Below, in pieces: positions 12,740-24,490 of a stretch of 64,000 nucleotides of DNA (positions within the stretch are counted from its first letter, which is position 1; every line of letters starts with the position of its first letter). The translations under genes were made by a program, and so were the position numbers. Origin of the DNA: Lama guanicoe (lineage: Eukaryota). The notes below the pieces were generated by a model. The model saw nothing but the letters and a program-made list of their open reading frames with translations, was not told the origin of the DNA and made no database searches. The stretch lies in NCBI GenBank assembly GCA_013239625.1, contig MU055008.1, positions 7,338,277 through 7,402,276 on the forward strand, written 5' to 3'.

Positions 12740-13200
12740 AGGCCTTCAAGCCTCTGGACTATTTCCATAGTTGGTCTTCTTAGCTCCTGTTTCTTTCCCA
12801 TATAATTTTATATATCACCAACAATATTCTAAGTTGCATTTTAAAATTCAAATCTAATTATGTCAATCCCCTGCTTAAAGGCTTTTGATGGTTCTTCACT
12901 GCCTAGAGGACCAAGTCCCATGCACTTGGCAAGGCACTGGAATCCTGGTCAACTTTTAACTCCCACCTTGGGCTGCCACCACATCATTACCCTAAGCTGG
13001 AGGCAGATGGAGACATTAATAGCTCTCAAACTGCTACAACCTCCCACTTGTATACCATGTTTCATTGCCCTTGTATATGATGTTTCTTCTGCCTGGAAGG
13101 CCCATCCTTGCTTTGTCCTTCAGATGAACTCAGTCTTCAAAGGTTGAGGCTCAAGATGTAGTTCCAATGTCCTTTCTCTGTAAATGTAAATTTCTTCATG
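12740..13200 (+). mobile_element. L2 LINE fragment
   Basis: AAATCTAATTATGTCAATCCCCTGCTTAAA..GATGGTTCTTCACTGCC..TGTTTCTTCTGCCTGGAA. Confidence 0.75.
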
Positions 13201-13224
13201 CCCTCCAGGCAGGGTCAGTCGCAC

Positions 13225-13450
13225 AGAGAGTAGTGGGAAGCTGGCAGGCCTTGGAGTTAGACACCCTGGATGCAGCACCCACCTCTGCCACTTACTAGCT
13301 GGGCGAACCTGGACAATTTCTTAAACTTCATTTTTCTACATTTTTCTTATCTATAGAATGGAGCCAATCATACCTACATCATACCATTATTATGAAAAAT
13401 AAATAAGATTTGCATATGCAATTCCTGACCCATAAAAGGTGTTCAGCTCA
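13225..13450 (+). mobile_element. MIR SINE
   Basis: CTCTGCCACTTACTAGCTGGGCGAACCTGGACAA..CTTATCTATAGAATGG. Confidence 0.85.
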
Positions 13451-13479
13451 CAAAAATATTCTTAAAATGATTAGTCTGT

Positions 13480-14340
13480 GAGTGAGTTAGGGTAAAGCTG
13501 AAATACTATAACAGGTATACCCTAATAGAATGTCTGGAGAAATGGAATGGTCTTTATCTTGAGAGGAGCTTGGGTTATGTGGGGGTGTATTTGTCAAAAC
13601 TCAACCATTGTGCATTTAAGGTTTATGCATTTCACTGTATGTAAAATATTCATGAAGAGAAAAACAGTTATTGAAGCCTAAGTAGTAATATGCACGCCAA
13701 CATACTAAGGAAAAGTATACAGATGTTGGCAATATACTTTGAATTGTGTCCAAAAAGTGAAAAGGACTGAAGGATGGATAGTTAGGTGGAAAGATGGATA
13801 GATTTGTAGTTTTTTAAAAAAGGGTAGTGAAATGTTAATGGTAGATTCAAGCTCTGGGCATATGGCTGCCCACTGAACAATTTTTTTTTTAACGTTGCTC
13901 TATGTTTGATATTTTTTGTAATAAAAACAAATAAAAAGACCCCATTATAAAGTGGTTTTAAATTTCCACTTGTTTGTCTCCACCTCAAGTAACAGTTCCA
14001 GAGTGAGTGTGCCAGGTTTGTGGGCAGTTCTGTCCCATCTGCTCATTCAGGGGTGCCAGGCTTGTGGGCAGGGACTCAATTTTTTTCCAAGTTGTCAAGT
14101 CATTGCTCCATCAGCCTATAGACCCAAGGACATTGTCCTCATCTATGGCCAAAGCTGGACCACTCTGTCCTGGTCCCAAGGGAAAGAGTGTGATAGACAC
14201 GCCATCTCTTGAGGCTTAGACAACTGTAGACAGCATGACTTCTGTCTATACTCCATGGCAAGAACTGAGTCTTGTGACCACATGTGACCTCAGATGAGGC
14301 TGGGAAATAAGTAACTCTATGCTCAGGAAGAAGGGGAGTA
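13480..14340 (-). mobile_element. LTR16-like ERVL LTR interrupted by an L1ME 3' end (about 13530-13935, + strand)
   Basis: LTR terminus GAGTTAGGGTAAAGCTG; L1ME 3' UTR (GTATTTGTCAAAACTC..GCATTTCACTGTATGTAAA); LTR resumes to GAGGCTGGGAAATAAG. Confidence 0.65.
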
Positions 14341-15794
14341 TCCCCCACTCTGTGTTCTCTGAGGACACTCCAGACAGCCGTTTATCACACTGGACTGTAG
14401 TCATTTGGAACCTGCAAACTGCTTGAGAGCAGAAATAGTGCTTTGAACCTCTTGGAATCACAAAGCCTGAAATGAGATAGGTGTTGAAAAAAATGTTTGG
14501 TAAATGAATGAATGCATGAAAATAAAAATGCATAAATAAATCAGATGAAGAATTAATAATACCTTTTGGAACCATACATTTCTCAGTATGTACCTACTCT
14601 TATTTATGGAAAGCAAGCTGTCTCTTGATACTGTAGATCTGTAATATACCAATTAATCCAAATCAAGTAATTCCTTTTTGAATTTAAGCCTGTCTCCCTC
14701 CCATCCATCCTCTTTCCTCAAGTTTTATCTTCATGAGGGATAAGAACTACTCTTTTACAAAGTTTACCAAACAACCTATGTGGCTTGGGAGAAAAACATT
14801 TAACCTGATTAAGAATGAAAACTATTTTCCACATTATTAAAGCACTTGAGAAACATCAATTTGGATTAAAATAATGTGAAATGGCACATGAAAACTGTCT
14901 ACTTATTATAATCAACCCATAAGACTTTTACTTAGTTACCATTAAAAAAAATTCTATGTAGGTGCTTAGAAGTAATGTAATTGTGTTTCTTCTATTATAT
15001 TCTGTAATTCTAACTTTCATTAACTCGTATTGAGTTCTTTGCCAATTGATCCAAATTACTGTGTTTTTACCGCACTTCTCCAACATTTAATCTGAGATTT
15101 AAGGAAACATGATAGTACTGTAAATGGCATTTAACCCAAGTTTTAATTGGATCACTACTGAAAAAAAGAATAGAAAATCTAACTTTCTCTATTTTGATGA
15201 GTTTGCCTTATAAAAGCTACAAAACTGTCCTTTCCAACTGTCATGTCTTTTTTTTTTTTTTTTTGCTGTTCAATTCAGGGACCTTCTGCTTTTCTGCATT
15301 CACATCAAGATCTCCACATGTAGCTGTGTGGTAAAGAGTGAATTTCCCAGGTTATTTTAACTGGATCATTTTGTGTCTGTATAATGGAACTTGTTTTCAT
15401 CAAGCTGGTATGATATGCAAACTCTAGCCCAGAAGATGTGGTGAATTCTGAAGCTTCAGGAATTGACTGTCACAAAAAGGATCTCATTTGGATAGGTATG
15501 AGCCTGGGTGTGTGCCTAATCAGAGAAGGCAGTAATACGGAAAAGTAAGAACTCTATAGGAGAACAAGCAAAAAGAAGGATGGCTTGGACATGAAGCAGT
15601 GCAAGCTGCAAAGGGCAACTAGGAGGTCAGTGGTGGGAAGAGGCTGCTGTAAGCAGCCTGGGAGGACTAGAGGAGACCTGTCAACCTGGACAGGAATAAG
15701 ACTGGAATATCTCCAAAGTCTGGAATGAAGATGCCGATTGCTTCTCATGGGAATTCTGGCCAGGTGGGTTAATGCTGAGATTCCACTTTTTAGG

Positions 15795-16986
15795 GTTGCA
15801 AAATTCAGGACCACCATCACATCTGTCACTAACATGTTGTGGGTCTCCAAGAACGTTTTCACTTTGACACCATTGTAAGTTTGAGCCAAGACTGTTACCT
15901 GAAAACTGGGTTTGCTTCTTGGTGGGTGTGGAGCCAAAAGATACAACCAGGTCAAAAATTGGGAGAAAGAAAGATGTATTACTTGCAGCAAGTAAGGCGG
16001 ATGCTAGGGATCTGTCCCAAAGCAGTGTCTCTCCCAAACTGGGGAGGTTTGAAGCTAAAGGAATGCACATATTCATGAAGGGGCTTGGGCGGTAGAGTGA
16101 GCCCAAGCTTTAGTTGATGGAAGAAGTCATGAGGGTCAGAAAAGGTCAACATCATCATCCCTTCGGTTCCAGTTGATCTGGTGGTTGAGCTCTTCAGCTC
16201 TTCTTTACAGTTGACCCAGAACTGGGAGACTTTACAATTGACTGCTATCCTTGCTATTGTTAAGTTCCTTACCTAACAACAGTCATTTGTTTCTGCATTC
16301 TTTTGTTCTTTAAAATCATTAATTACTGAGATCTATTCAAGAACAAGCATTGTGGCTTAGGTCACAAAATGGCTCTGGCCAAAAATGGCTTCTCTTATGT
16401 CAAGAAAGCCAATGCCTGGTTCTCATTCTCCAGGGACCCCCTACCCTATCTGCTTACAAGACCACCTTCAGGTTCAATAATTTATTAGAAGGACTCATAG
16501 AGCTCAGAAAAGTCATTATACTCATGGCTACAGTTTATTAAAGTGAAAGGATACTGATTAAAATCAGCCAGGGGAAGAGAGTATAAGGCAAGGTCTAAGA
16601 GTCATCAGATGCAAGTTGTACCAACGGCACCGAATTCTCCATGATACTTTATGATATGCAGCAATATGCATGGAATATTATTAACCAGGGAAGCCCGTGC
16701 CTTGGTGTCCAGGGTTTTTACTGGGGCTCAGTCATGTAGACATGGTTGGTGACTGCATGGCTGACTTTTGCCTCCAGCCCCTCCAGAAGTCAAGTTAATA
16801 CCACGTGGCCCAAGGTCCCCCACCATAAATAACATTGTTAGCATAAACTTTCTGTCATGGCCCAAGACTCCCGGATAAACAAGGCATACTTATCAGGCAG
16901 GGCATTCCAAGGGCTTACAGGCTATCTCAGTAGCTGAGGGCAAAGGTCCAACCTTTCTTTGAGCAAGGTAAGTCCTGTACCACACA
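15795..16986 (-). mobile_element. MER21-like LTR, split by a younger solo LTR
   Basis: CCAAGACCACCTTCAGGTTCAATAATTTATTAGAAGGACTCA..GTTTATT..GATTAAAATCAGCC is continuous across the insert. Confidence 0.8.
15893..16458 (-). mobile_element. Young ERV1-type solo LTR with 4-bp TSD AGAC
   Basis: TG..CA ends; AGAC at 15889-15892 and 16459-16462. Confidence 0.88.
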
Positions 16987-19949
16987 CAAGGGTCATTCTT
17001 GATTAGCGGCCCTATCCCCAGGGCAGATCAAAGGATCAAGTCCATAGCAGAGCATCAGATAGAAACTCAGCTGTTCTTGTATTCAAGGGACAATCTCAGA
17101 ATTATCACAGGAGATAAAGCTCCAAACTCAGAACAGGGAAGATGAGCAGACATGAAGGTGGGAGTCACATCCAGGGCTTAGATACCAAGAGCTTGTCCTT
17201 ACTGGGTGCTTCTCCTATGATGCTTGGGTTCCTCTCTCTGGGTAAAAAGTCTGGGACTGGAGTGGTCCAACTGAAAAATATCCAACCAAATAGGTATTTG
17301 GGATCACATTGGTTATGATGACTAATCTGGGCACCAGAAATTTTCCACCTATATATAGTTTGACCTGGTTGTAGAGCAGATAATTATATCCAAAATAACT
17401 AGCACTCCAATTAGGCTGACGGACAAGCACAGGGCCTGGGTGTAGGAGTAGACAATAGTCTCCAAATGGCATTCAAAGAGGCAAAGCTCCCCTTCTTCTT
17501 GCGTTGGGAAGCAGGAGTGACCACAGGTGAATTCAAATTTCCTCAAGAAGATTCTTCACAAGTTCATGAATAGCAGAGTCTGTACCCATGTCTGTCCTGC
17601 CAGGAGGAGAAACAATCCAAAACCAGGCTCCTCCACCATTTCTTAGACTAGGTCATATTGGATTGGAATGGGATTACTGAGCACAGAGCATCTCTAAGCC
17701 AGAAATCAGATGGAAGATGCTTATAAAAAGACTTTGGCAAAGCCTGTAGCCAGCACAGTCACTTAATCAATTTATACTTAATATTTTTTGAACACTTCCT
17801 GTGTACCTGTCAGTGGATTAACTCCAGGGATATCACCATAAAGCTCACTCCTAAGGAGCTTATGTTCCACTCTAAGTCAGACATTTATTGAATGCCCACT
17901 AAGTGCAAGGTACACATTCTCTTATTTGTCCAGGGTCTATATAGATTATGTGATGGTGGCATCTGGCTGGTCCATGAAGGGTAGTAGTTAGGGTCTAGTT
18001 GTTGCTCTACCTTCTCTTCCTGGATCCCCATGGGTTTCAGAGCTTTGGAGGAGTTCTAGAACCCCTAGTGACCAAGAAAAGGAAAATACTGATGTGAATG
18101 ATTAGGGAAAGGACTGAAAAAAATCATCTGGACACCTGGTACTAAAGTGAACGGCTGGAGTACATTCTGATCTGGCAGGTTCATCCCACACAAGTTTTTA
18201 ATTTGGAATATCAACTTGGCTGGATCCTCGCCTGCAAGGGTTCCTCTCCATCAAGGGCTTTCTATTCTCAGAGGAGTCCTGGGCTTGATGGACAAAGATT
18301 TCCTTAGAGGACACTTTCTGGAACCTTCCACTTCTCTCCTTGAATGATGACCTTTTTCTTCCCCACAATTTATAAGCCCTAAGGATTCATCTCTGGGCAA
18401 TGAGCAAATATTCAGAATCATTTCCCTAGTTCATTCACCTCAGGACCCAATGTGGTATTTGATTCTGATAAGGCTTCTTTGTGCGTGAGAAACTGTTCTG
18501 AAATCTCCCAACAAAAAAACACGTCATATTATATTGCACTGTATGGGAAATCCACACCATTGCCCCTCCTCCCTAGTGAGGGTAATCGCTGCCAATTCAC
18601 GGTGCTATTGTGAAAATGAGTCATTTGGAGGGGTTCCAAAATAAGCAAAGAAAGGAGGATAGCAGATCGGACTGACGGATTTGGTGGCATTAAATCACAG
18701 ATCTAAACGTGGTGTACTTTGTAGAGTCGCATTTTTAATCTTTATTGAGAATTTTGATTAAAGAAAGAAGTTACCTTGATTTGTGACATTTGGTAATATG
18801 ATTATATTACCCTTTAAAAATTTTTATTTTTGACTAGATAATACATGCACGTGTTTTGAAACAAAATGACATGCAAATGTTCGCATTAAGAAGTCATGCT
18901 CCTAATCTTCCCCCATTAGCTCTTTCCCCAGAGGTAGCCACTTTTGCATCATTTTGTTTCTTTATGCAAATACAAGAAATGAGGCTTCCTCTTTGGTTTG
19001 GGGAACCCCACACTAGAAGTCAGAGCTCGTCCCCTAACTGTAAATTCAAATTAACAGATACTTCTCCATCCTTCTCCACAGCGAGGGCAAGATCATATGA
19101 TCTAGGCTCAGCCAAAGTTGGAATTGGAGGGAGGTGACATCATAAAGCCAGCTCAGGGGAGAGTCTTTTCCATTGCAGGAGCAGCTACATCTCATTTCCA
19201 GAGCCAGTGAAGCTACTGGTTCAAACTGTAGCATTTGAGGTCCAGGGCCAATGGGATCAGCAGTGCACACTGAGGCATCTGCAGACCCAGATTAACAGTG
19301 AATCCAATGACTCAAACTCCAGGCCTCCTCACTCGAATGAGCCTCTTCCAAAGGCTGGAAGGGGGTTCCAGCAATGTATTGACACATTTTTGAAAAATCT
19401 GCAAAGGTCAGATATTTTTACTGCAATTAGTTAAAACTGTCTCTTTCCTCCCCAGCTCACCATTTGTCACACTTCCTTTTGTTCTATGTGGTGTTGGAGT
19501 GGCTGCAGTATTTTGCAAACAAGCTAATTGTGGGGAAGCTGAGTTAGGGTACCTTTAATTTGGGTTTAGTGTGACACTTTTATGTGGTTTATGATTACTT
19601 CCATAGTCTCTGCTAGCCAACCTGGGGACAGAATGGCTGCCAGGAACATTTCTGCTACCCACAGTGCCAATTCACCCAGCCTCGGGTCGTGAAGGTGCAC
19701 GGCTAGAATTTGTACTGCAGTGTGGATGTGTCCCTGGAGCCGGGCCCTGGGACTCTGTGGAGAGTGGAAGAGAAATGTACAAATGTACAGTGCCAGAAGC
19801 TCAGCTATGGAAAAGCTTTCGAACTCTTGAGGATTACAAATGAAAATTCCCAAATCTGATGACAATCCAACTTGACAGGACATTGCTAATAATGGGTATG
19901 AAGCTGCAAAAAACTTCTGTAAATTATAAAAAACATAAAACTCGTCTGG

Positions 19950-20465
19950 ATCTCAGCCAGATGACCAAGGTTAACATCTGAAGGGATGAGAGTGGTACTT
20001 CATCTGTGTGGGTTTCCTCCCCAAATCTAGAATCCCGGTAGGAGGGTATAGCTCAGTGGTAGAGTGCATGCCTAGCCTGCATGAGGTCCTGGGTTCAATC
20101 CCCAGTTCCTCCGTTTAAGAAAAAAAAACAAATAAACCTAATTACCTCCCCCACTAAAAAAATGTATATGACGAATAGAATCCCAATCAAACCATGAGAA
20201 AAACAGACAAACCCAAATTGATTGGACATTCTACAAAATACCTATAAAATTCACAACTGGCAAGGTTACCAAAAAGAAGGAAAATCTGTGAAACTGTCAC
20301 AGACCAGAGGAGCCTAGGAAGGCATAATGACTAAATGAATGTAATGTGTTATCCTGGAACAGAAAAGGGAGCTTAGGGAAGAATTAATGAAATTCAAATA
20401 AAGTGTGGAGTTTAGTTAATAATAATGTTTTAATACTGATTCATTAATTGTAACAAATATATACA
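19950..20465 (+). mobile_element. L1MC 3' end
   Basis: CAGACAAACCCAAATTG..GACATTCTACAAAATACC..GAAACTGTCACAGACCAGAGGAGCCTA..GGAGTTTAGTTAATAATAATG. Confidence 0.85.
20037..20175 (+). mobile_element. Camelid tRNA-derived SINE with TSD TAGAATCCC
   Basis: A and B boxes, tail AAATAAACCTAATTACCTCCCC; TAGAATCCC at 20028-20036 and 20176-20184. Confidence 0.93.
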
Positions 20466-20695
20466 TAGCCCAAAAATGAAGTGGAAAAAATGTAATGTAG
20501 CCAGTGTGTCAGGCAAATAATTCAACTATTATGTAATATTTCTGGATTTTGTGATATTTATGGTATCTATCAATTTTTAAAATATTTAAATTTCTGTGAT
20601 TTTTTCCTCTCATTTTAAATATTTGTTTTTGTGCCTAATTTTCTGTTCCTGATTTTTTTTTTAAGGATGGCCCCTTGAAATCCAAATCTGCCTCT

Positions 20696-21180
20696 GGGTA
20701 CCAAGTCCAACCAAGTTCCTACTGCTCACCACATAACAGGCCAACAAATTGAGAGATGAGCTGTTGGGGCAAGGAATATGGACTTTATTAGAGAAGATGA
20801 TGGACTAGTGGCCCAAAGAACCATCTTCCCCCAGTTAGAATTCAGGCTCCTTTATACTAAAAGTGAAACGAGTATGTTTGGTTGCTGCAAACTTCTTGGT
20901 GTCACAATGGTATCCTTTGTTCTTACAGCTGTCCAGGTAGGTCAGGTCACAATGTTCCTATAAACCTCCACCAAGACAAAAGTTATTCTCTGCTCTGCTC
21001 TGCTCTGCAACATGTTACCTCTCTACAAATGGAAGCTTTAAAGGTTGGAGTCCTTAGAATGGGCCATCCTGTATATCTCAGGCTATAGGCAGCATTCTTA
21101 TAGCAAAAGCGATAGAATACAAGGGTTAAAGTAAAGGAAACAGATCCCATGTGGAGTCAGATTTGTTCTTCCCTATTACA
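20696..21180 (-). mobile_element. ERV1-type solo LTR (related to 35533-36019)
   Basis: Minus strand starts TGTAATAGGGAAGAACAAATCTGACTCC; shares GCCTGAATTCTAAC, AATAAAGTC and CCCCAACA.CTCATCTCTC with the 35.5-kb copy. Confidence 0.85.
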
Positions 21181-21375
21181 GGTGTATGTGTACAGCAGTG
21201 GGTAGTAGTGTTATCACTGTACCAGTCTATAATATGGTGGGCATTTGTATTGTTCTTTGGCCCTCCCAAAAGTCAGAGAAACATTTAAATATTATTTAAA
21301 TAAATTCTTTTTTTCAGAAATCATCCATAGTTTGTTCCTGCTGCTTCTAAATGAGAAGTTGGACATCATTTAAAG

Positions 21376-21561
21376 CAGTGGTTCTAAGCCCTGGCTGTAC
21401 CTAAGAGTGCCTGGGGGTAGGGATGGAGGTAGGAGGCTAAAATATACTGAAGCCCAGTCCCAGATGTTGAACCAGCATTTCCAAGGGTAGGGCCTAGTTA
21501 TCAGTAGTATTTAAAATTACCCAGATGATTCTAATATTCAGCCAGAGTTGAGAAGCCACTG
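21376..21561. mobile_element. MER5-type hAT-Charlie MITE
   Basis: TIRs CAGTGGTTCT..GAGAAGCCACTG; internal CCCAGATGATTCTAAT. Confidence 0.85.
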
Positions 21562-22179
21562 AATAGAGTCTGGTCTCCAAGTGGCCCAAGTCAGCTATTT
21601 ATGTTATGAGTCCTAACTTTGTGCCCATCATCATTGTGCTTGGTGTGACGGATGCACAGAGGTGTGAAACAGACCATCAAGGAGCCTTCAGTCTAGCCAT
21701 CCCGGAGTGAGGTTGGGGTGTCTGGATTTCCCTGTAAGAAGAAGCTGAATAGAAAATTGAGTGCAGGCTGCCTGTGGAACAGAGCAAATGAGAAGTGTCC
21801 GGGAGAGATGTGTCTTGCTTTATTAGGTCTAGGGGTGCTGAGAGATTCTTAAAGAGTGTTCTATGAATTCCCAGAAGCTTCCAATAAATCTAAGTCTATG
21901 AAGAACTTTCTGCCAGAATTCTCAACTTTGACATTAATGGGGAGAAAGATGATCTCAAATGGCCTGCAGGCCCCAAGCTTCTGCCTTCATGAAAACAGAA
22001 TATAAAAGCAATAGCAAGGTTTTGGCCTGTTGTTAAGAAAACATAAAGGGAGAGAGGGAGAGAGGGAGAGAGAGAGAGAGAGAGATCTTGCTTGCAATAA
22101 CAACAGAAACACAAAATGCTGAGGAAACAAGAGATATACAGGATCTAGAGTCAGAGAACTACAAACTTTACTGAGTAAG

Positions 22180-24120
22180 TTTTTTAAAAACCTACTTCAT
22201 AAATAGAAAGACTAGATCAGGAAAGCTTAACATCGTAAATCCCAAACTAACTATATACAATCATTAGTATTTCAGTCTGTACCCCAATAAAATTATTTGT
22301 GGAACTTGATAGTGATTTTAAAGTTGATTTGGCAGAATGTGTGAAGCTGGTCAGTTAAAAAAAAAAAAAGAAGAGGAGGGGGAGGCATTGATCTTTACCA
22401 AATATCAAAACATAGTTTTAAAGTGACAAAAATATAAACAGAAAGATACTATCTTAGGAACAAACAGATAAGGAACAGAATGAAAAGTACAGAAACAGCT
22501 CTAAATTAATTATTAAACATAACCAGGATATGATAAAGATGGAATTTCAATTAAGTGGGAAAGAATGAACCACTCAATATATCATGTTGGAATAACTGGC
22601 TAACCGTTTGGAAAAAATCAAGTTGGATTTCCTCCTCAGAATATCCACAGTAATAACTTACATATGGTTTATATGTTTAAAAAAAAACATAAAAGTACCA
22701 GAAGGAAAAAGAAGGTAAAATTTTATGTAAACTTGTAGTAGGGAAGCTTTCTAAGCATAACACCAAAGGAAGTATCAATAAAGTCACATACTGGGAGAGA
22801 TGATTATAAAAATATTGTAGTCTTATAAATCTAAAAAAAAAAAATGAAAGGTAAATCACATCTCAGGAAACAGCCATGACATATGTGACATACATAGGAT
22901 TTAATATCCTGAAATACAAAGATATTTGACAGACAAAAGAAAAAAGTTTAGTATAAAATAAGAGCTAATTTCCTACAATAAGTGCACACAGCCAATTAAT
23001 GTACCAAAAACAAAAAAAAGCATTCAAACTTCTTAGTTAATAGAATGCATATGAAAACCAAGAGAAGCCACTTTGGTCTAAAAGATTAGCAAAGAGATAT
23101 GGAGAAATAGATTCACCTCCAAAACATATAAACTGATCACATCATTTCTGGGAGACAATTAAGCATTAAATCTTCAGTCTTTCAAAGATTCATATCCTTT
23201 GGCCCAGCAGTCTCCTTTTGGGGAAGTCATTCTAAGAACCAATGACATAAAAGCACAAAGAGATAAAATTAAGTAAATGTTTAGGCATCAGCAAGGCAAG
23301 GAAATCTTTTTTTTTTAAATAAAAAAATTACAGGGGTAGAAGAGAGGGAAGGGGGATGTAAGAGGTACAAACTATCAGGTATAAAATAAGCTACAAGGAT
23401 GTATTGGCCAACACGGGGAATACAGCCAGTATTTTATAATAACTACATAAAAGGAGTAGAACCTTTAAAAATTATGAATCACTATAATGTACACCTGTAA
23501 CGTAATTTTGTACATCAACTATACTTCAATAAAAATTAAAAAGAAAAGAATTATATATTTGATATTTCACAAAGGACTAGAGAACTATCATCATAGATAA
23601 ACCAGAATCTTGTTGCACCTTTTTTGTAATTTTACTCTTGGTTTTAGTCCCTCATTTGAACTAGTCAAGGGAATGCAGTGGAAGAAACCATGACTTTTTT
23701 TCACTGTTTCATTTATCTTTAGATCTTGGTCTGCACGCTGCATAAGGACATTCAATCGATTATTAATACTTACGGTAATGAAAAACTAGAAAAAAATGAC
23801 ACACAAAACAATAAATGGCCTGTTGAAAATGCATGACGTGGTCTTGAAATGGACTACTAGGAGCCACTAAAAATTATAATGGCAGGTTTCTATTTATTGA
23901 CATTGTAAGATATAATTTACTAGGTAAAGAATAAAGTTCAAAGCCAATAATCTGGTAAGATCCTGTTTTCCTTAAGTAAATATTTAAAAGTATATTTATG
24001 CATAAAAAAAGAACAGAAGAATACAATGAGTGTGGGAATGAAGAGAGAGGATGGGCAGCATTTTTTAAGTCTGTATTTTCTAAATTTTCTATGTTGAAAA
24101 TGAATTACTTTGGGGGTAAA
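22180..24120 (+). mobile_element. Old L1M ORF2/3' UTR remnants with a younger artiodactyl-type L1 3' end (about 23333-23548)
   Basis: A-rich L1 ORF2 motifs; young part AAGAGGTACAAACTATCAGGTATAAAATAAGCTACAAGGAT..TCAACTATACTTCAATAAAA. Confidence 0.8.
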
Positions 24121-24229
24121 GAAGAGATATTAATGGAAATTTTAGCCACCCAGTTGTAATATTTTCTGGAACAAGGCAGAGTGTAAATTAATTATTTAAT
24201 TAAAGAAAAATAGAGTCACTGGCTTCATA

Positions 24230-24490
24230 CGGCCGATCCCGTCTCCGAATAACTAAGCCGTGTGGACAACATCATTATTATTTGCTGTAGATTCGAAAAC
24301 ATTCGATCTTTGGGCATCAGTCCTCCTGGTTTTCTTGGCTCCCCTGACGGTGCCTGGGGTGCTCAGCCCTTGTTAAAGATGAGCGAGCCCGATCCCAGCA
24401 AGGGAAGTGGCCGGCCGAGTGTCGCGGGGAACGTCGGCAACATCGCCGGGCGTAGCACAGGGCCCCAGGGCTGCCGCCTTCTGTCGCATG
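24230..24490. promoter_or_regulatory. Small CpG-dense cluster (orphan CpG-island-like)
   Basis: About 21 CpGs in about 260 bp counted by eye versus CpG-depleted sequence upstream; not a recognisable repeat; regulatory role is inference. Confidence 0.45.

Larger units (their letters stand above)
19290..20696 (+). mobile_element. hAT-Tip100 (Zaphod/MER115-like) DNA transposon, interrupted by L1MC and a SINE
   Basis: Decayed hAT dimerisation-domain codons 'FPNLMTI..EAAKNFCKL' near 19847-19926; 3' part 20466-20696 resembles recalled Zaphod end (TTTCTGGATTTTGTGAT..CCTAATTTT..TCTGCCTCTG). Confidence 0.7.

Noticed and set aside
20037-20110. tRNA gene-like sequence (also 876-966)
   Set aside because: A-rich tail, TSD and family-specific 3' motif show a tRNA-derived SINE, not a tRNA gene
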